The notes under the pieces were generated by a model. The model did not search any database. It saw nothing but the letters and a program-made list of their open reading frames with translations, and had not been told where the DNA came from. Positions 46,869-59,265 of a DNA stretch of 64,000 bases are shown one piece after another. Every line of letters starts with the position of its first letter. The stretch's first letter is position 1. The DNA comes from Blastocladiella emersonii ATCC 22665 (Eukaryota > Fungi > Blastocladiomycota): positions 1,302,001 to 1,366,000 of the forward strand of contig JANHCV010000006.1 in the NCBI GenBank assembly GCA_025594325.1, in the 5' to 3' direction. A program made the position numbers and the translations under genes.

Positions 46869-49800
46869 TCACTGCGCCCGCACGGAGACTGGTTCCTTGA
46901 TCGCCGGCATGCCCGCCGCCCGGTTCGCGGCCGCGGCCGCCTTGGCCGCGCGAGCTGCCGCCGATGCTGCGGCCGCGGCAGGGTGCGCGGCGACGGACGC
47001 GCGTTTCTGCGCCGTGGTCATGGGCTGCTGCTGCTCGCGAGCCGGGGCCGCGGACTTCGAGGCGCTGCTCTCGCCGGCCGACACGCGCTGCGGCGGGACG
47101 AGCACCTCCTTGCGACACTTGCGCATCGCAGCGCAGAACTGGCGGATCCGCTCGAGATGTCCCTCGCGCGCGATCCGCGCCTCGACCTGCTGCGTGAGCT
47201 GCATGCGCCGCTGGTTGGTGCGGACGGGGAGGCGGCCGTAGGCGACGCCGGCGAAGGGCGCGAGGTCCTGGACCGCGGGCTGCCAGCGGAGCAGGAGCTG
47301 GAGCGCCGTGTTGGCGAGCGACCGGGCCGCGGCCGTGCACGGGGCGAGGTTGAGAAGGTGCTGCTTGAGGTCGTTGAGGTAGTACGGCACGTTGTACGTG
47401 GACAGCGTGATGAACCACTCGGGCCCGGGCCGGCGGCGGCGCGGCGTCGACGGGTCCAGCAGCGCCACCAGGTCCTCGAGCGACCCGAGCGCGTGCTCCA
47501 TGACCTTGAGCTGCTGCTTGGTCACGACCAGCACGCGGTCCTCGGGCCCGAGCGGCGCTGGTGGCTGCACCGGGTTCACGACCTTGGCGCCCGGCACGTA
47601 CCCCGGGATCAGCGTCGCGAGAACGGGGCTGTTCTCGGGGCTCGCCGGCTCGACCATGGTCACGGCCACCTGTTTCTTGGCGGGCGCCGGCGTGTCCGTG
47701 TTCGAGGACGTCGAGTTGGGCCGGATGAACGAGTACCGCGTGTCGACGGGCTGCGGGATATTGACGCCGACGTGCACGGGGACCGAGACCTTGGCCTCGA
47801 CCTGCTTGAGTGCGATCCCGTCCGCGCCGCCCGCGGGGAGCGCGCGGCGGAGGCGTTCCTGGAGCTCGGCGGCCGTCGGGACCGCGCGGATCCGGCTGAG
47901 CCCGCGGTCGAGCGACTGGGTACCGGCGGGCGGTCCCGCGACCACGGCGTGCGCATTGGGCGTCGACCCGGCCGCCGCGATGATACTCGCGGGGACGCGC
48001 GACTCGGGCGCGGGCGGCTCGAGTGCGGCGCGCATGCGATTGATCCCGTCCATGGTCTTGCCGAGGACGAACAGCCAGTTGCGCAGGTCCATGGCGCTCG
48101 TCGCGCGGAGCAGGTAGTCGCGCGCCTGCGTCGACACGGCAAACGAGTTCTTCCACTTGCTCCCCGTGCGCTTCACGAGGCCCAGGAACACGACCTGGTG
48201 CAGGTCAATCGCCCACCGCGGCTGGTACGCGGGCAACATCCCGCCAGGTGCGGCGCCGGCGCCCGACTCGGAAATGGTAGGCGTCTGCGGCGGCGTCGGC
48301 TCGTCGCGCGCGACGCTCGGCGACATGAGCGTCGGCGGCGGGACCGACAGGAGCGGGTGCGACGCCGCGGAGTCCGAGGCAGCGGCAGGTTTGCCGGCGT
48401 CCGGGTCCTTGCGCAGGCACACGAGGTATCGGCCGTCGAACGAGAAGACGCGCTTCTGCCACTGGTTCCGGCTGTTGAGCTGGTACAGGTACCCCGTGAA
48501 CGCAAGCGAGTCGAGCGCGAGCTCCTGGTGCTCGGCCTGCAGCGCCGCGAGCTTGGCCGACGTCGGGGTCGTGACGACCGACGCGGCGGCGGCGGCAGCG
48601 GCAGCGGCGGCCTTGACCGAGGCGAGGTGCAGCGCCGAATCGATCCGCGGACCCTTGTTCTGCAGCGGCGCGTCCGATGGCGCGGGCAGCGTCGCCTGCG
48701 GAACCGGAACGCGCTCCTCGCGCGGCGGCGGGGCGAACACGGTGGCCGCGCCGGGACTCGCCATCGGCGCACCGACAGCCGTCGCGATCGCATGCGGCGA
48801 TGACGCCGCGCTCCCCGTCGGCGTCGACTTGGGCGTGAGACTATTCTCGCGTCCAGGCACCGCGCGCGGCTGCTGGTGATCGGGGACGGGCGGGAGCGGG
48901 AACACGGGCGGGAGGCCGGCGAGCGGCGGGACCTCGGGCGCCGCGGACAGCGCTGACGCGGACGGGCGGCGGATGATGCGCAGGACCTGGTTGACGGGCG
49001 GCATGCCCTCGGTGAAGACGCGCGTCAGGCCGACGTTGAGCGGCGGCGGCGGCGGCTTGCGCTTCACCTTCGAACCCGGGTGCCCACGGTGCTTGATGAC
49101 GCGCGACGGTGTGCGCTGGTGCAGCCGCGCGCCGAACGGCGGCATGATGGGCGGGCCGCGAGGGACGAAGGTCGACGCGCACGCGGATTCGTCGACCTCG
49201 GCGTGCGTCGAGTCGACAGCCTCGGATGAGGCGGGTTCGTGGGTGGCGGGCAAGTCCTGGGTGGCGTTCTCCTGCTGCTCGACCTGCTGGGCGATCTGGG
49301 CGGCGCCTGCGGGGAGACTGGACGAGCGGCGCGAGAAGAGGGCCTTGAACACGGCCGCGTACTCTTCGCGGCGCTGCGTCGACTGGCGGTGCTGGACGGC
49401 GGGCGCTGGTGCCTGATCGGTAGCCGCCGTAGAGCTGCGCTCGCGCAGGATACCGGCCTATTGCGTCAAAGTTAGTGCCTGATCGAATGATTTCTCCAAG
49501 TCCATGGAGCGTTACCTTGATCAGACTCGTACGACGGTTCGGAACGTCGTCCGAGTTGGCGGCGACCGACGAGACCGTAGGCGAGCTCGTGCCTGAAGCG
49601 CCGCCGCCGGAAACCATGGTCACGGGCGACTCGACGACACGCGGCTGGGCCGCGGCGACAGACCGCGGGCTTGGCGGCTTCGAGATGCCGCTCATGGACG
49701 TGCCCTCGTTGGCGAGCACGACGCTGCCGACGGGCCCCGTCCGCACGGCGTACTGGACCTCAAGTCGCGTGGGCGGCTGCGAGACGGGCACGGTGCGTGC

Positions 49801-50640
49801 CGTCTGCATCGCCATGATCTGCTCGAACACGGACTCGATGACGTCGGGCGCGAGCGGGGCCGACATCGGCTGCTGCTCCTCGACCTTGGCCGGCGACGGC
49901 TCAATGGACAGGGCCTGGCGCACGTTCTCCTCGAGCGCGGCCTCGAGCATCGAGACCGAGTCGTCCGAGTCGATGTCCGTGTCGTCCTCGCCCGCCGAGT
50001 ACATGGTCGACTCGGTGAGCGACGAGCAGGTGCTCGACCCGTCATCGCTCTCCTCGCCGCCCGACAGCGAGTAGTCGGAGCCGTCCATGGACTCGGTGCT
50101 CGAGTCGGAGACATCCGAGGTCGGCGATTCCGGGGAAGCTGGCGAGGACGCCGCCGAGTCAGATGAGTCGCTCGACGAGAGTGCGGCGCGCGCGGCCGCG
50201 TCGACGCGGTTCATGAGGTTGGTGGTGATGGACGCGACGAGCAGCTGCTTGCGCGCCTTGTTGTACTGGTTGCGCGCGCGGCGGCGGTACGCTTCGGGGA
50301 GCGACATGAGCCCGCTCGCGGGCCGCTGGGCGCCGGCGGGGCCGAGGCTCGAAGACGGCGCAGGCTGGTCGCCCGACAGACTGCCGCGGCGCGCGGTGAC
50401 GTTGGCGACGGCTGCGGCCATGGCGGCCGCGTGCGAGGAGAGCGACGAGGCCGACGACCGACGGCGACGGTCCAGGAACACGGTGTCGCCGTTGGACCCG
50501 CGGCGCATCGCGAGGTGCTTGAGCGGCGACGAGCGCACGGGGATGTTGATGCGGAGCTTCGGCAGCTTCGACGCCTTGGCCGACGACGACGACTTGGGCA
50601 CTGAGGCCGCCGTCAGCGACGCGGAACGCTCAGCGTTCAT
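46869..50640 (-). CDS. Large low-complexity PH-domain protein (about 1240 aa), intron 49458-49515
   Basis: Intron AAG|GTAACG…CTAAC…ATAG joins the two long ORFs in frame. PH fold: FTGYLYQLNSRNQWQKRVFSF…NSFAVSTQARDYLLRATSAMDLRNWLFVL. Confidence 0.7.
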
Positions 50641-51143
50641 GGTGGTGCGTGGGCGTGCACGAGTCGGTCGGAAGTCGGGAGATAGTGCGATGGCTGGTTG
50701 TTACTGAAGTGCACGGAGGGCGAGACGAGTCTCTCCTCGACGATGCGGGGATGTGGATGGGGCCGAGAAGGCCGCGGCGCTAGCGATTTGTTTGCTATGG
50801 AGGGGACGTCCAGGAGCGAGCGTCGAGCGGGTGGCGAGCACAAGTCATGGCGAGCGGCGGCGGCGACGGCCAACCGCTGCTGCTGCGACTGGCCGAGCCC
50901 GTGGATTGCATTCGGCAAAATGGACAAGCGAAATCATCACGCGAAGTGAAGCGGCGGGCTGAGGACGCGTTCATGATCGCGGTGGCTTAGCTGCGAGACA
51001 CGGCGTGACGCGACCTGCAAGGAACATGTGACCGGCCCGCGTCTCCGCTTCGAGACGCGTCAAGCGCGGCACGCGTTCGCCGACTTCAGCGGTCCCGTTG
51101 CATCACGAAACCGGCACATCGGCCGCATGCCTGACTTTTCACC

Positions 51144-54100
51144 ATGTTACGCTTCGGAGACTATGGAGAACTACCTGCATTTGCAAATGAAACCAATAAA
51201 AAGCTCGACAAGCTCGTGCGCACCATGTCCACCCGTTCGGGCCGCGAACCATGAAGGACTGACACCCGAGGACCCGGACGGTTCGTCGCGTAGGTTCGCG
51301 AGAAGGAGACGCGGCTGGCGCGTGTCTCGTCCGAGCTCGAGGAGCAGACGGCGCGCACGGACGCGCTCGTCCAGCACATGAAGAACGTCAAGCAGCAGCT
51401 CGCGCAGATCCAGGTATGAGCGTCGCGTGGCGCGTACCCGTCACCGTCGCCTCATCCTTCGCCTCGTGTAGAACCTCAACGATGCGCGCGGCCGCGAGAT
51501 CGAGACCGAGGAGCACCTCAAGGCCGTGGCGGAGCGCGAGAGCGGCCGGCTGACGAGCGACATGAAGCGGATCGCGCGCGAGTCCGAGGAGATTGCTGAG
51601 CAGAGCTCGTCGACGCAGAACACCATCTACCGCACCTCAGAGAAGGTGGCCAAGCTCAAGGCGCTGCTCAAGAGCGAGGAGCGCGAGCTCGAGGACTGGC
51701 TCAAGGTGCAGCAGGAGAAAGAGGAGGACAACCTGATCCTGCTAAAGTACAGCAAGGAGGACGACCAGCGCATCAAGGAGCTGTCGCTGCAGATCGAGAA
51801 GCTCATGGGCGAGGTCAACGAGAAGAAGGCCAGCCTCAGCCAATCCGTACGTTCCGCGCCGCGCATTGGTCCGCGCGATGGTTGCTGACTCGCCGTTGCG
51901 CGCGCGCGTGTAGGTCACCGAGACCCAGGTCTCGCAGATGGAGGTCGAGCGCATCGCCGAAGAGTTCCGCAAGCTGCACCAGGAGCGCCAGGACCTGCTC
52001 GGCCAGTGGGAGCAGGCCATCCTCGGCATGCGCAAGCGCGACCAGCAGATTGAGAAGGCGCAGCTGCACTACGAGGATCTCAAGGCGCGCCTCTCTCGTT
52101 TCCGGAATCGCTCAGCGCCATACTGACACCGGCTCGCGCGTGTAGCAAGAGGAGGTCGAGCGCCGCAAGAAGATCGAGGAGAAGCAGGCGTTCCTCGACA
52201 AGCAGATCGCCATCAAGGGCGACACCGAGAAGAGCATCCAGACGCTCGACCGCCTCGTGAGCAAGCTCAAGTACGTTCCCGTCCATGGCCGCGGTAGCTT
52301 GGCCGACGCTCACGACATGACTGCTGCGTAGGGGCGACCAGGTCGAGGCCAACCAGCTGCTCGTCTCGTTCCAGGACGAGCTCGAGGCGCTGCGCACGCA
52401 TCTCAACCGGAGTACGTTGATCCGCATCCGGCCGCGTCACACCGAAATTGACCACGGCCCCGCGTGTAGCCTCCAACGACGTCCAGTCCAAGCGCAACGA
52501 GGTCAAGAACCTGCAGGACGAGGTGCGCGCCAAGACCAACCAGGTGGCGAGCGAGGGCGACCGCGCGAAGCAGCTGCAGGCCAAGCTCAAGTCGGTCCTC
52601 GCCGGCACCGGGTCCAAGGAGGAGAAGGCGGCCGAGCTGCAGGGCTACCTGCGCCAGGACGAGCAGCGTAGCAAGGAGCTCGACAAGCAAATCAAGAGCC
52701 TCAAGGACCAGGGTACGGCCGACGTGATCACCCCGCGGCGCTGCGGATTGCGCTGAACCACGCCTTCACGTATAGCGTTCCGCCATAACCAGGACGTGTT
52801 CCGGCTCAAGCAGGAGGAGAAGACGCTGGGCGCCGAGATCTCTGGCGCGCACGCGGCGATCCGGAACCTCGGGTCCAAGATCGCCAAGCTCGACCAGGAG
52901 TCGATCCAGCAGCGGTCGCTCATCTACAACCAGGAGTACACGCTGCAGCAGCTCGAGCGCAAGGTGAAGCGGGCGCAGGGCGACCGGACGGACGAGGAGC
53001 AGGCGGCGCTCAACAAGAAGATTGCCGAGCTGACCGAGCAGTACGACCGCGCCGTCGAGAGCCACCAGCTGCTGTCGACGCAGCTCAAGCGCGCGCAGGA
53101 CGACCTGCGCCACGCCAAGCGCCGGCTCGAGGTGCTGACCAAGGAGAAGGCCGGCGTCACGGAGCAGATCGACGACCTGAACCTGTACATTGCTTCGGCT
53201 AGCAGCCAGCTGTCGGCCAAGGTGCGCGAGAAGGAGGAGGTGATGGTCGAGGAGAGCATCCTGCGGCTCGAGGTCAAGAAGCTGCGCACCTTCATGCACT
53301 CGCGCGCGGACGAGGTGCTGGCGCTCGAGTCGCGCCAGGTCCAGCTGCAGCTCGCGCTCGAGGAGCGCACGCAGGAGATCCAGCTGCACAAGACGATGCT
53401 GCGCGCGCAGATCAAGGCTGCCGAGGAGGAGCGGTTCTCGGCGGCGGCCGAGCTGCGCGAGAAGACGAACCAGGTCGCGCTCATGAAGACGCGGTACGAG
53501 ATCCTCATGGCGCAGATCGCGGGCGGCCGCGGGGACGAGGACGCGGACGGCGGGCCGGGCGGCGAGGATCGCAGCCAGGCGTACTACATCATCCGTGCCG
53601 CGCAGGAGCGCGAGGAGCTGCAGCGGCAGGGCGACGCGCTCGACGCCAAGATCCAGCGCGCCGAGAAGGAGATCAAAGCCATGGAGAACACGCTGCTGCT
53701 GCTCAACAGCCGCAACGACAAGTTCAAGGCCCAGCTCAACGCCGCCGACGTGTCGCCGCACGACCTCGAGCACCGCGCGTACCTGCAGGCGCAGTACGAC
53801 GCGGCCATGACCACGTACCGCCAGAAGCAGGACGTGCTCGCGGGGCTCCAGCTCGAGCTGCAGCAGACGGAGCAGGTGCTCGCGTCCATGAGCAACGAGG
53901 AGGCGCGCGAGCAGGCCGTCGTGGAGCAGCTGCAGGCGCAGATCGCGACGCTGAACCGCGGCATCGCCGAGGCCCAGACCAAGAAGACGCGCGCCGAGCA
54001 GGTCGTCCTCAAGCTGTCCAAGGAGCTGCGCCGGTCGCGCGGCCAGCCAGTGTCACAGCTCGCCGACGAGGAGATCGACATGAAGGCGCGCGAGGTCAAG

Positions 54101-54820
54101 GAGGTGACCAACTTTGTCCTGTTCAAGGCCGACGAGGTGCTCGAGCGCGCCGAGGACACGGTCGCCGCGCGCGACCGCATGCACGCCATCCTGTCGGACC
54201 TCGGCGTCGCCCCACCGTCGCGCCCGCTCACCCGCGCGTCCAACGTCTCGTCCATGCCCGGATCGCGCGCGCCCTCGCGCATGCAGCCGACGCCGGGGAT
54301 GCGCGGCGGCGGGCCGCACCTGGCCGCGATCCCGGGCACGCCGACGGGTCCTCGCCACGCCGGCAGCAACGGCGCGCCCGCATCACCAACCGCTGGCCGC
54401 GGCGCAGCGCCAAACCCCGCGCGCGGTCTCGCATCCGCCACACCGACCTCGGGCACGCGCCCCGCGGCGCTCTCCATCTCGTTCGACGCGGCGGCCGCGT
54501 CCAAGTCGCCGTCCAGCCCAAGGCCGGGGCACCACTCGCCAGGTACGGCTTCGCCGAAAGCGTACTCGCCGCTGCCCGTGTCGAAGCGGATGATGGCCGC
54601 GAGTACCGCGACGGGCAAGCCGGTGACGCCAACTCCTGGCATGCAGGACCTGGTCGGGATTGGGACCCTGCCGCTGCTGCCCAAGGCGTCGCCGAACCAC
54701 GTCTCGAGCGGCCGCACGACGCCCGCGAGTCCGCACGCCGGTGGTGCGTCGGGCCGGTCGAGCGTCGCGCGCGGCGTGTCGCGAACGTCCCGGCCCGGGT
54801 CCACGGCAAGCAACCGCTGA
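51144..54820 (+). CDS. CCDC39: Axonemal 96-nm ruler protein CCDC39/FAP59, about 7 introns
   Basis: LPAFANETNKKL, HMKNVKQ, ETEEHLKAVAERESGRL, LKYSKEDDQRIKELSLQIE, FRKLHQERQDLLGQWE, IYNQEYTLQQLERKVKRAQG, RSQAYYIIRAAQEREELQRQGDALDAKIQRAEKEIKAMENTL. Confidence 0.92.
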
Positions 54821-54863
54821 GAGGAACACGTTCAATATAGACTGGCATCCATTTCTACTACAA

Positions 54864-57800
54864 CTACATGATGCTACACTGGTCGCGGTGCGCCTTGGAC
54901 CTTGGCGTTGGCGGCCCGATGGGCGACGTGGGCGGCGCGAAGCTGTCCTCGGTGCCCGCCGTTGAGCCGCGCTTGCGTTTGCGCTTCCACTTCTTGGACC
55001 GGAACCTTGCGAGCTTGCTGCCCTTGGGCTTGTTGGACCGCAGCGAGCCGCCCTCGGCGACGCTGGGCCGGCGCGTCGTGTCGATCGGCGAGAGCCCTGG
55101 TGGTGGGCCGCCGCCCGTCGTCGTCGTGGCGGGCGCGGTCAGCGGTGTCGCGGGCGAGGCGTTCGACGGCCGACGTATTGGTTCTGCCGACGGCCGTCGC
55201 GCGAACGGCGACGACCGCTTCGTCCCAGCGGCGCCTGGTCGCCTTGGCAGCGAGCCCGTGGTCACAGCGAGCTGGTTCGTAGACGTACCGCCGGGCGCCG
55301 CGGCGCAGAACTCGCCGCTCTGCTCTTCGGCCTCCATGCTCGGCGGCATCAGCGACGCGTCGACGAACACTTCGTTCCCGGACCCCACCGCCGCCGGCTC
55401 GCCGTCATCGCTGACGGGAAACACCTTGGCGAGCGACCGCCCGCTGCCAAGCATGTTCCATACCGTAGACCGGGAGATCTGCTCAGCTTCGATCCCCGAC
55501 GCGAGCTTGATCTCGGTCCAGTCGAACTGGAGGTCGAACACGCCGACGACGGGGAAGTGGTCGCTGCCGGCCTGCCCGGGGACCGAGCAGTACAGCGGGC
55601 ACTCGACGGCGGATGCGAGCCCCGACCCGGACCGTTTGTGCCCGTGCGGCGCCCCCGCCGCGCCGCCACCGGGCAAACCGAGCATGCGCGACGACGGGCG
55701 GCGCGAACCGGCAACCGACGACGAGAGAGCCGCGGCGAGGTCCGTGACGCTGTTCCGCGTGCGCGACGACGACGAGCGCGACCGGATCGACGTGGTGGCC
55801 CCGAGATCCTCGCGCGTCGACTTGCGCCTTCCACCTGCGGTGATACTCCCGCCGTTCGACGACAGCGCCGTCTCATCGCGCCGCGGCCCCGCGGCGAGCC
55901 CCGCGGTGCTGGTCGGGAGCGACACGCCGAGATCGTTGCGCGACTTGTACAGGATGCGGTCGGTCCACGCGGGCACGCGCTGCGGGTTGTACCGCCGCGA
56001 CGACGGGCAGTCGGGCGCGACGGGCGAGAGGGCCGATTTCGATCCGCTGGTGCGATCCTCGGACCGCCGCCGGCGCCGGTCACTGACGGTCGTCGTGATG
56101 CGCAGTGCCAGCGTGTTGAGCTTGGTCCCGGACCCGGTGCTGCCCGTGCGCGTGCGGCGCATCGTTGGGACGCGGTCCTCGGCGGTTTCGCTCGTGGTCG
56201 TGCTCGTCTGCTGCTGGTCGGTGCTCGCCGAGACGGACGACGACAGGTCGCTCGTGGCGCCGGCCATGGACTGGCTCGCTGCCGATGACGAGCTCATGGA
56301 GGCGGCGACCGTGGTGGTGGTAGCCGCGGCCGACAGGTCAGCCGCCGGCAGCTCCTCGCCCGTCGTGATGGTCTCGATCGGATACTCGAGCGCCGGGTTC
56401 CGCGCGGGCTTGCGCGGCGTGGTCCCCGACCACGCGGCGGCGGCCGACGAGCTGATGGCGTTGATGGATCGGCTGAAGATGGTCGCGCGGCGGTTCCGTT
56501 TCCGCGCGGCGAACGCGGTGGCCGCCGACGGCTCGACGGCGGACCCGGGCGGCGGGACGATGAGCTTGAACGTGGGCGCGAACCGGATGGGCGCTTCCTG
56601 GAACCCGATGAACGTGTGCCCGGCGCGGCGCTGCGCCGTGAGCTGGTCGTTGTTGAGGCACGCGTCGAGGCGGTTGGTCTCGATCAGGTGCGTGATGGCG
56701 GCGTGGTTGCCGTCGATGCGGTAGTTTGTATCGCCGAAGAAGAAGGCGTAGTCGAAGGCGTCCGACGCGAGCCGCGGCAGGCCTTGCGGCATTGACGGCG
56801 CGGGTGGGGGCATGTGCAGCGGTAGGTGCAGGCCCGTCTCGATCTTCAGGTAGTCGGCATTGCGCAGTGACACGTTGTCCTGGTGGGCTAGGCGAGAATG
56901 ACGCGTTAGCGATGCTCAGGGAGGTATAGGTGGTCGCGCGAGCCGTACCCGTGAGGTGGACGTTGACGAACAGCAAGCTCGTCGACGCGAAGTCGATAGC
57001 GATCCCGACGCCGCCCTTGTTCCCGACCACGCCGCCGATCCCCGTCGGTACGCACGACGTCTCGACGCCTACACTTGCTCGCGCGGGTCAGCTTCCGCCC
57101 ATACCGCTCCACTCCGAGACAACGTACGCGAGACGAGATGCGCGCACGCGCGCCAGACGAGGACGCAGAGGTGCAGCGCGCCCATAGTATCGCACCTGAC
57201 GAGCTCGTAGAACCGGCCGAACGTGAGCAGGATCTGGCGCTCCCACTCGGCCTTGGACGGGAACATGACGGCCTCGGAGATGGACTTCTGGCACTCCTGG
57301 GTCCCGATCACCAGCAGGTGGAACGGGTGCGACCCGGCGGGGTCGCCCGCCGGCCTGGATCGGTCGGGCGGCGCGGATCCGCCCGCGAGATGGTGGTTCG
57401 AGCCCATGGCCGGCGCGGACGTGGACCCGTCGCCGTGCGTCGTCGCCGAGGTGTGGTGGTGGTGTTGTCCGCCGAGGTGCGGCCAGTGCCAATGATGGTG
57501 ATGGCTGCTGCTCCCGGACCCGTCGGCCCCACTTCCCGCCGCCGAAGTCCCGCGCGCGTGGTACCCGGGCGGCAGCGGTACGACGTTGGGCTGGACGACG
57601 AACGCCGACTCGTTGAGCGCGGGGATGAACGGCGACAGGCTGTCGGGCAGCATCCCGTGCATGTTCCACGTGCCGATGTAGACGCGGAGCGAGCTGCTGA
57701 TGGGCGGCGGTTCGGGCGCTGCCGCGGGCGGGGCGTCGCCGTGATGTCCAACGTTGAACGGGTTTAGGTCCACGATCGACCGCACGTGCTTCTTGATCCG

Positions 57801-58307
57801 CGACAGGAGCGTCGCGCTGCCCTCCCGGCTCTGCTCACCTCCGCCGCCCGCGAGCGCCGAGGGCCGGCGCGACGATTTGCCGCCGCGGGTCCCGCTCCCG
57901 CCGCCGCCGCCCGGTTTCGCGCGGCCCGTCAGCGCGTCTTTGACGGCAGCCGAGGCGCGGCGCAGGGAGAAATCCTTTTTGTCTCCGCCGCTCTCGTCGA
58001 CGAGGTCGGGCATCGAGAAGGCGCGCGAGCCCGACGCCGAGATCGCGTCGGCGTCGGGACCGCCCGGGTCGAGCGCGCGCGTGTTGGCCATGGTGCCCGG
58101 GTACGCGGTGGACCCGCGGCGCATCAGCGGGCGCGGCGCCGTGCTGCTGTGCGTCGCGGACCGGACCATGCCGGCGTGCAGCGCCGACGGCGACGATGTT
58201 CGTTCATCGGCGTCCTGTTGCGTGGGCGGGACGGACGGCGACGCGGGCAACGGCGGCGCAGCGGCGGCGGCCGCGGCCGGCCGAGGGCTATGTTTCGACA
58301 GAGTCAT
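54864..58307 (-). CDS. Inositol polyphosphate 5-phosphatase (INPP5E-like organisation), 2 introns
   Basis: LRVYIGTWNM, VIGTQE, GNKGGV, LLFVNVHLT, FFFGDTNYRI, NDQL, PAWTDRILYK, SDHFPV. No Sac1 domain. Confidence 0.88.
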
Positions 58308-58723
58308 GCTGTTGCGTCAAGAGGCATCGAGTTCCATGAGGTGCACATGATAGCCGAGGACGACGTCGCGGAACGGGAGGGGAGACCCGCGATCAACCCG
58401 GCAGGCGCACAGTGTGCATACTGCGTGGGTTGAAAAAATGTCGACCGTCGCCGCGGGGCGGGGTTGCGCCACGGACTGCCGAAAGCATGTGTGCGCGGAG
58501 CGAACGAGCGAGTGGGTGAGTGGGGGAGTGTCTCCACGGGACACATTTGCGGCGGCGCGGCGGACGTGTGGCGCGACGCGGTCACGTCGGCGGTCACGCG
58601 GCGTGTCTCGCAGGCTGACCGACGCGTTTCCGGACGCGACGTGGTTGAAGCGGCCGCTTTCTCCCCTCCCTTAAACCCGAACCATACCTGAAAGCTCATG
58701 AAAGACTAGCCGCAACCGCAACC

Positions 58724-59200
58724 ATGTCAAGCGCCATCGAAGCCGGTCCGGCCCCACCACCCCCAAACCCCGCCCCGCCTCCCTTCCCCTCACCCCCGCC
58801 CACCGCCTCCTGTAGTCCGTAAACACACGCGCCGCATGTCCGAGTCGCTGAAGCGGTCTCCGATCAAGGAGCCGCGGTCGAGCACCATCGAGGATCACCC
58901 GGCGCCCATCTCGCTGATGCTGGACGGGTGCGAGCTCGTCTTCTCGAACGGCGTGTGGACCACGGCGTCGGCCGACGGCGTGCAGCTGCAGGAGCGGCTC
59001 GCCGCGCTGAGCGAGCGCAACGAGCAGCTGCAGGAGGAGAACCAGATGCTCAAGTTCAAGCTCGAGCTGCTCATGGACATGGTGCGTCTCGCGTGTGCTG
59101 CGCGAGCGGGGTGGTGGTCGTCGGCTGACTTGTGGAGTGTGTGTAGCTCGCCGTGTCCAAGCTCGACGTGCTCCGGCTGCAGGAAGCGCAGCGCCACTAA
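58724..59200 (+). CDS. CBY1: Chibby-family basal body/transition-zone protein, introns 58746-58815 and 59082-59146
   Basis: ISLMLDGCELVFSNGVW followed by RNEQLQEENQMLKFKLELLMDML, matching the Chibby pattern (L.G..L.F.NG.W; N..L.EENN.L..K..ILLDML). Both introns splice in frame. Confidence 0.85.
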
Positions 59201-59265
59201 GTCACGCACGCATTGCACAAAAAAGCTCCATTTGTATCACACCATACTCTCCCAACCCTACGCCT

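Noticed and set aside
51095-51112. RFX X-box-like GTTGCATCACGAAAC upstream of CCDC39
   Set aside because: Right half-site deviates from RGYAAC, and no matching motif is seen in the INPP5/Chibby promoter.
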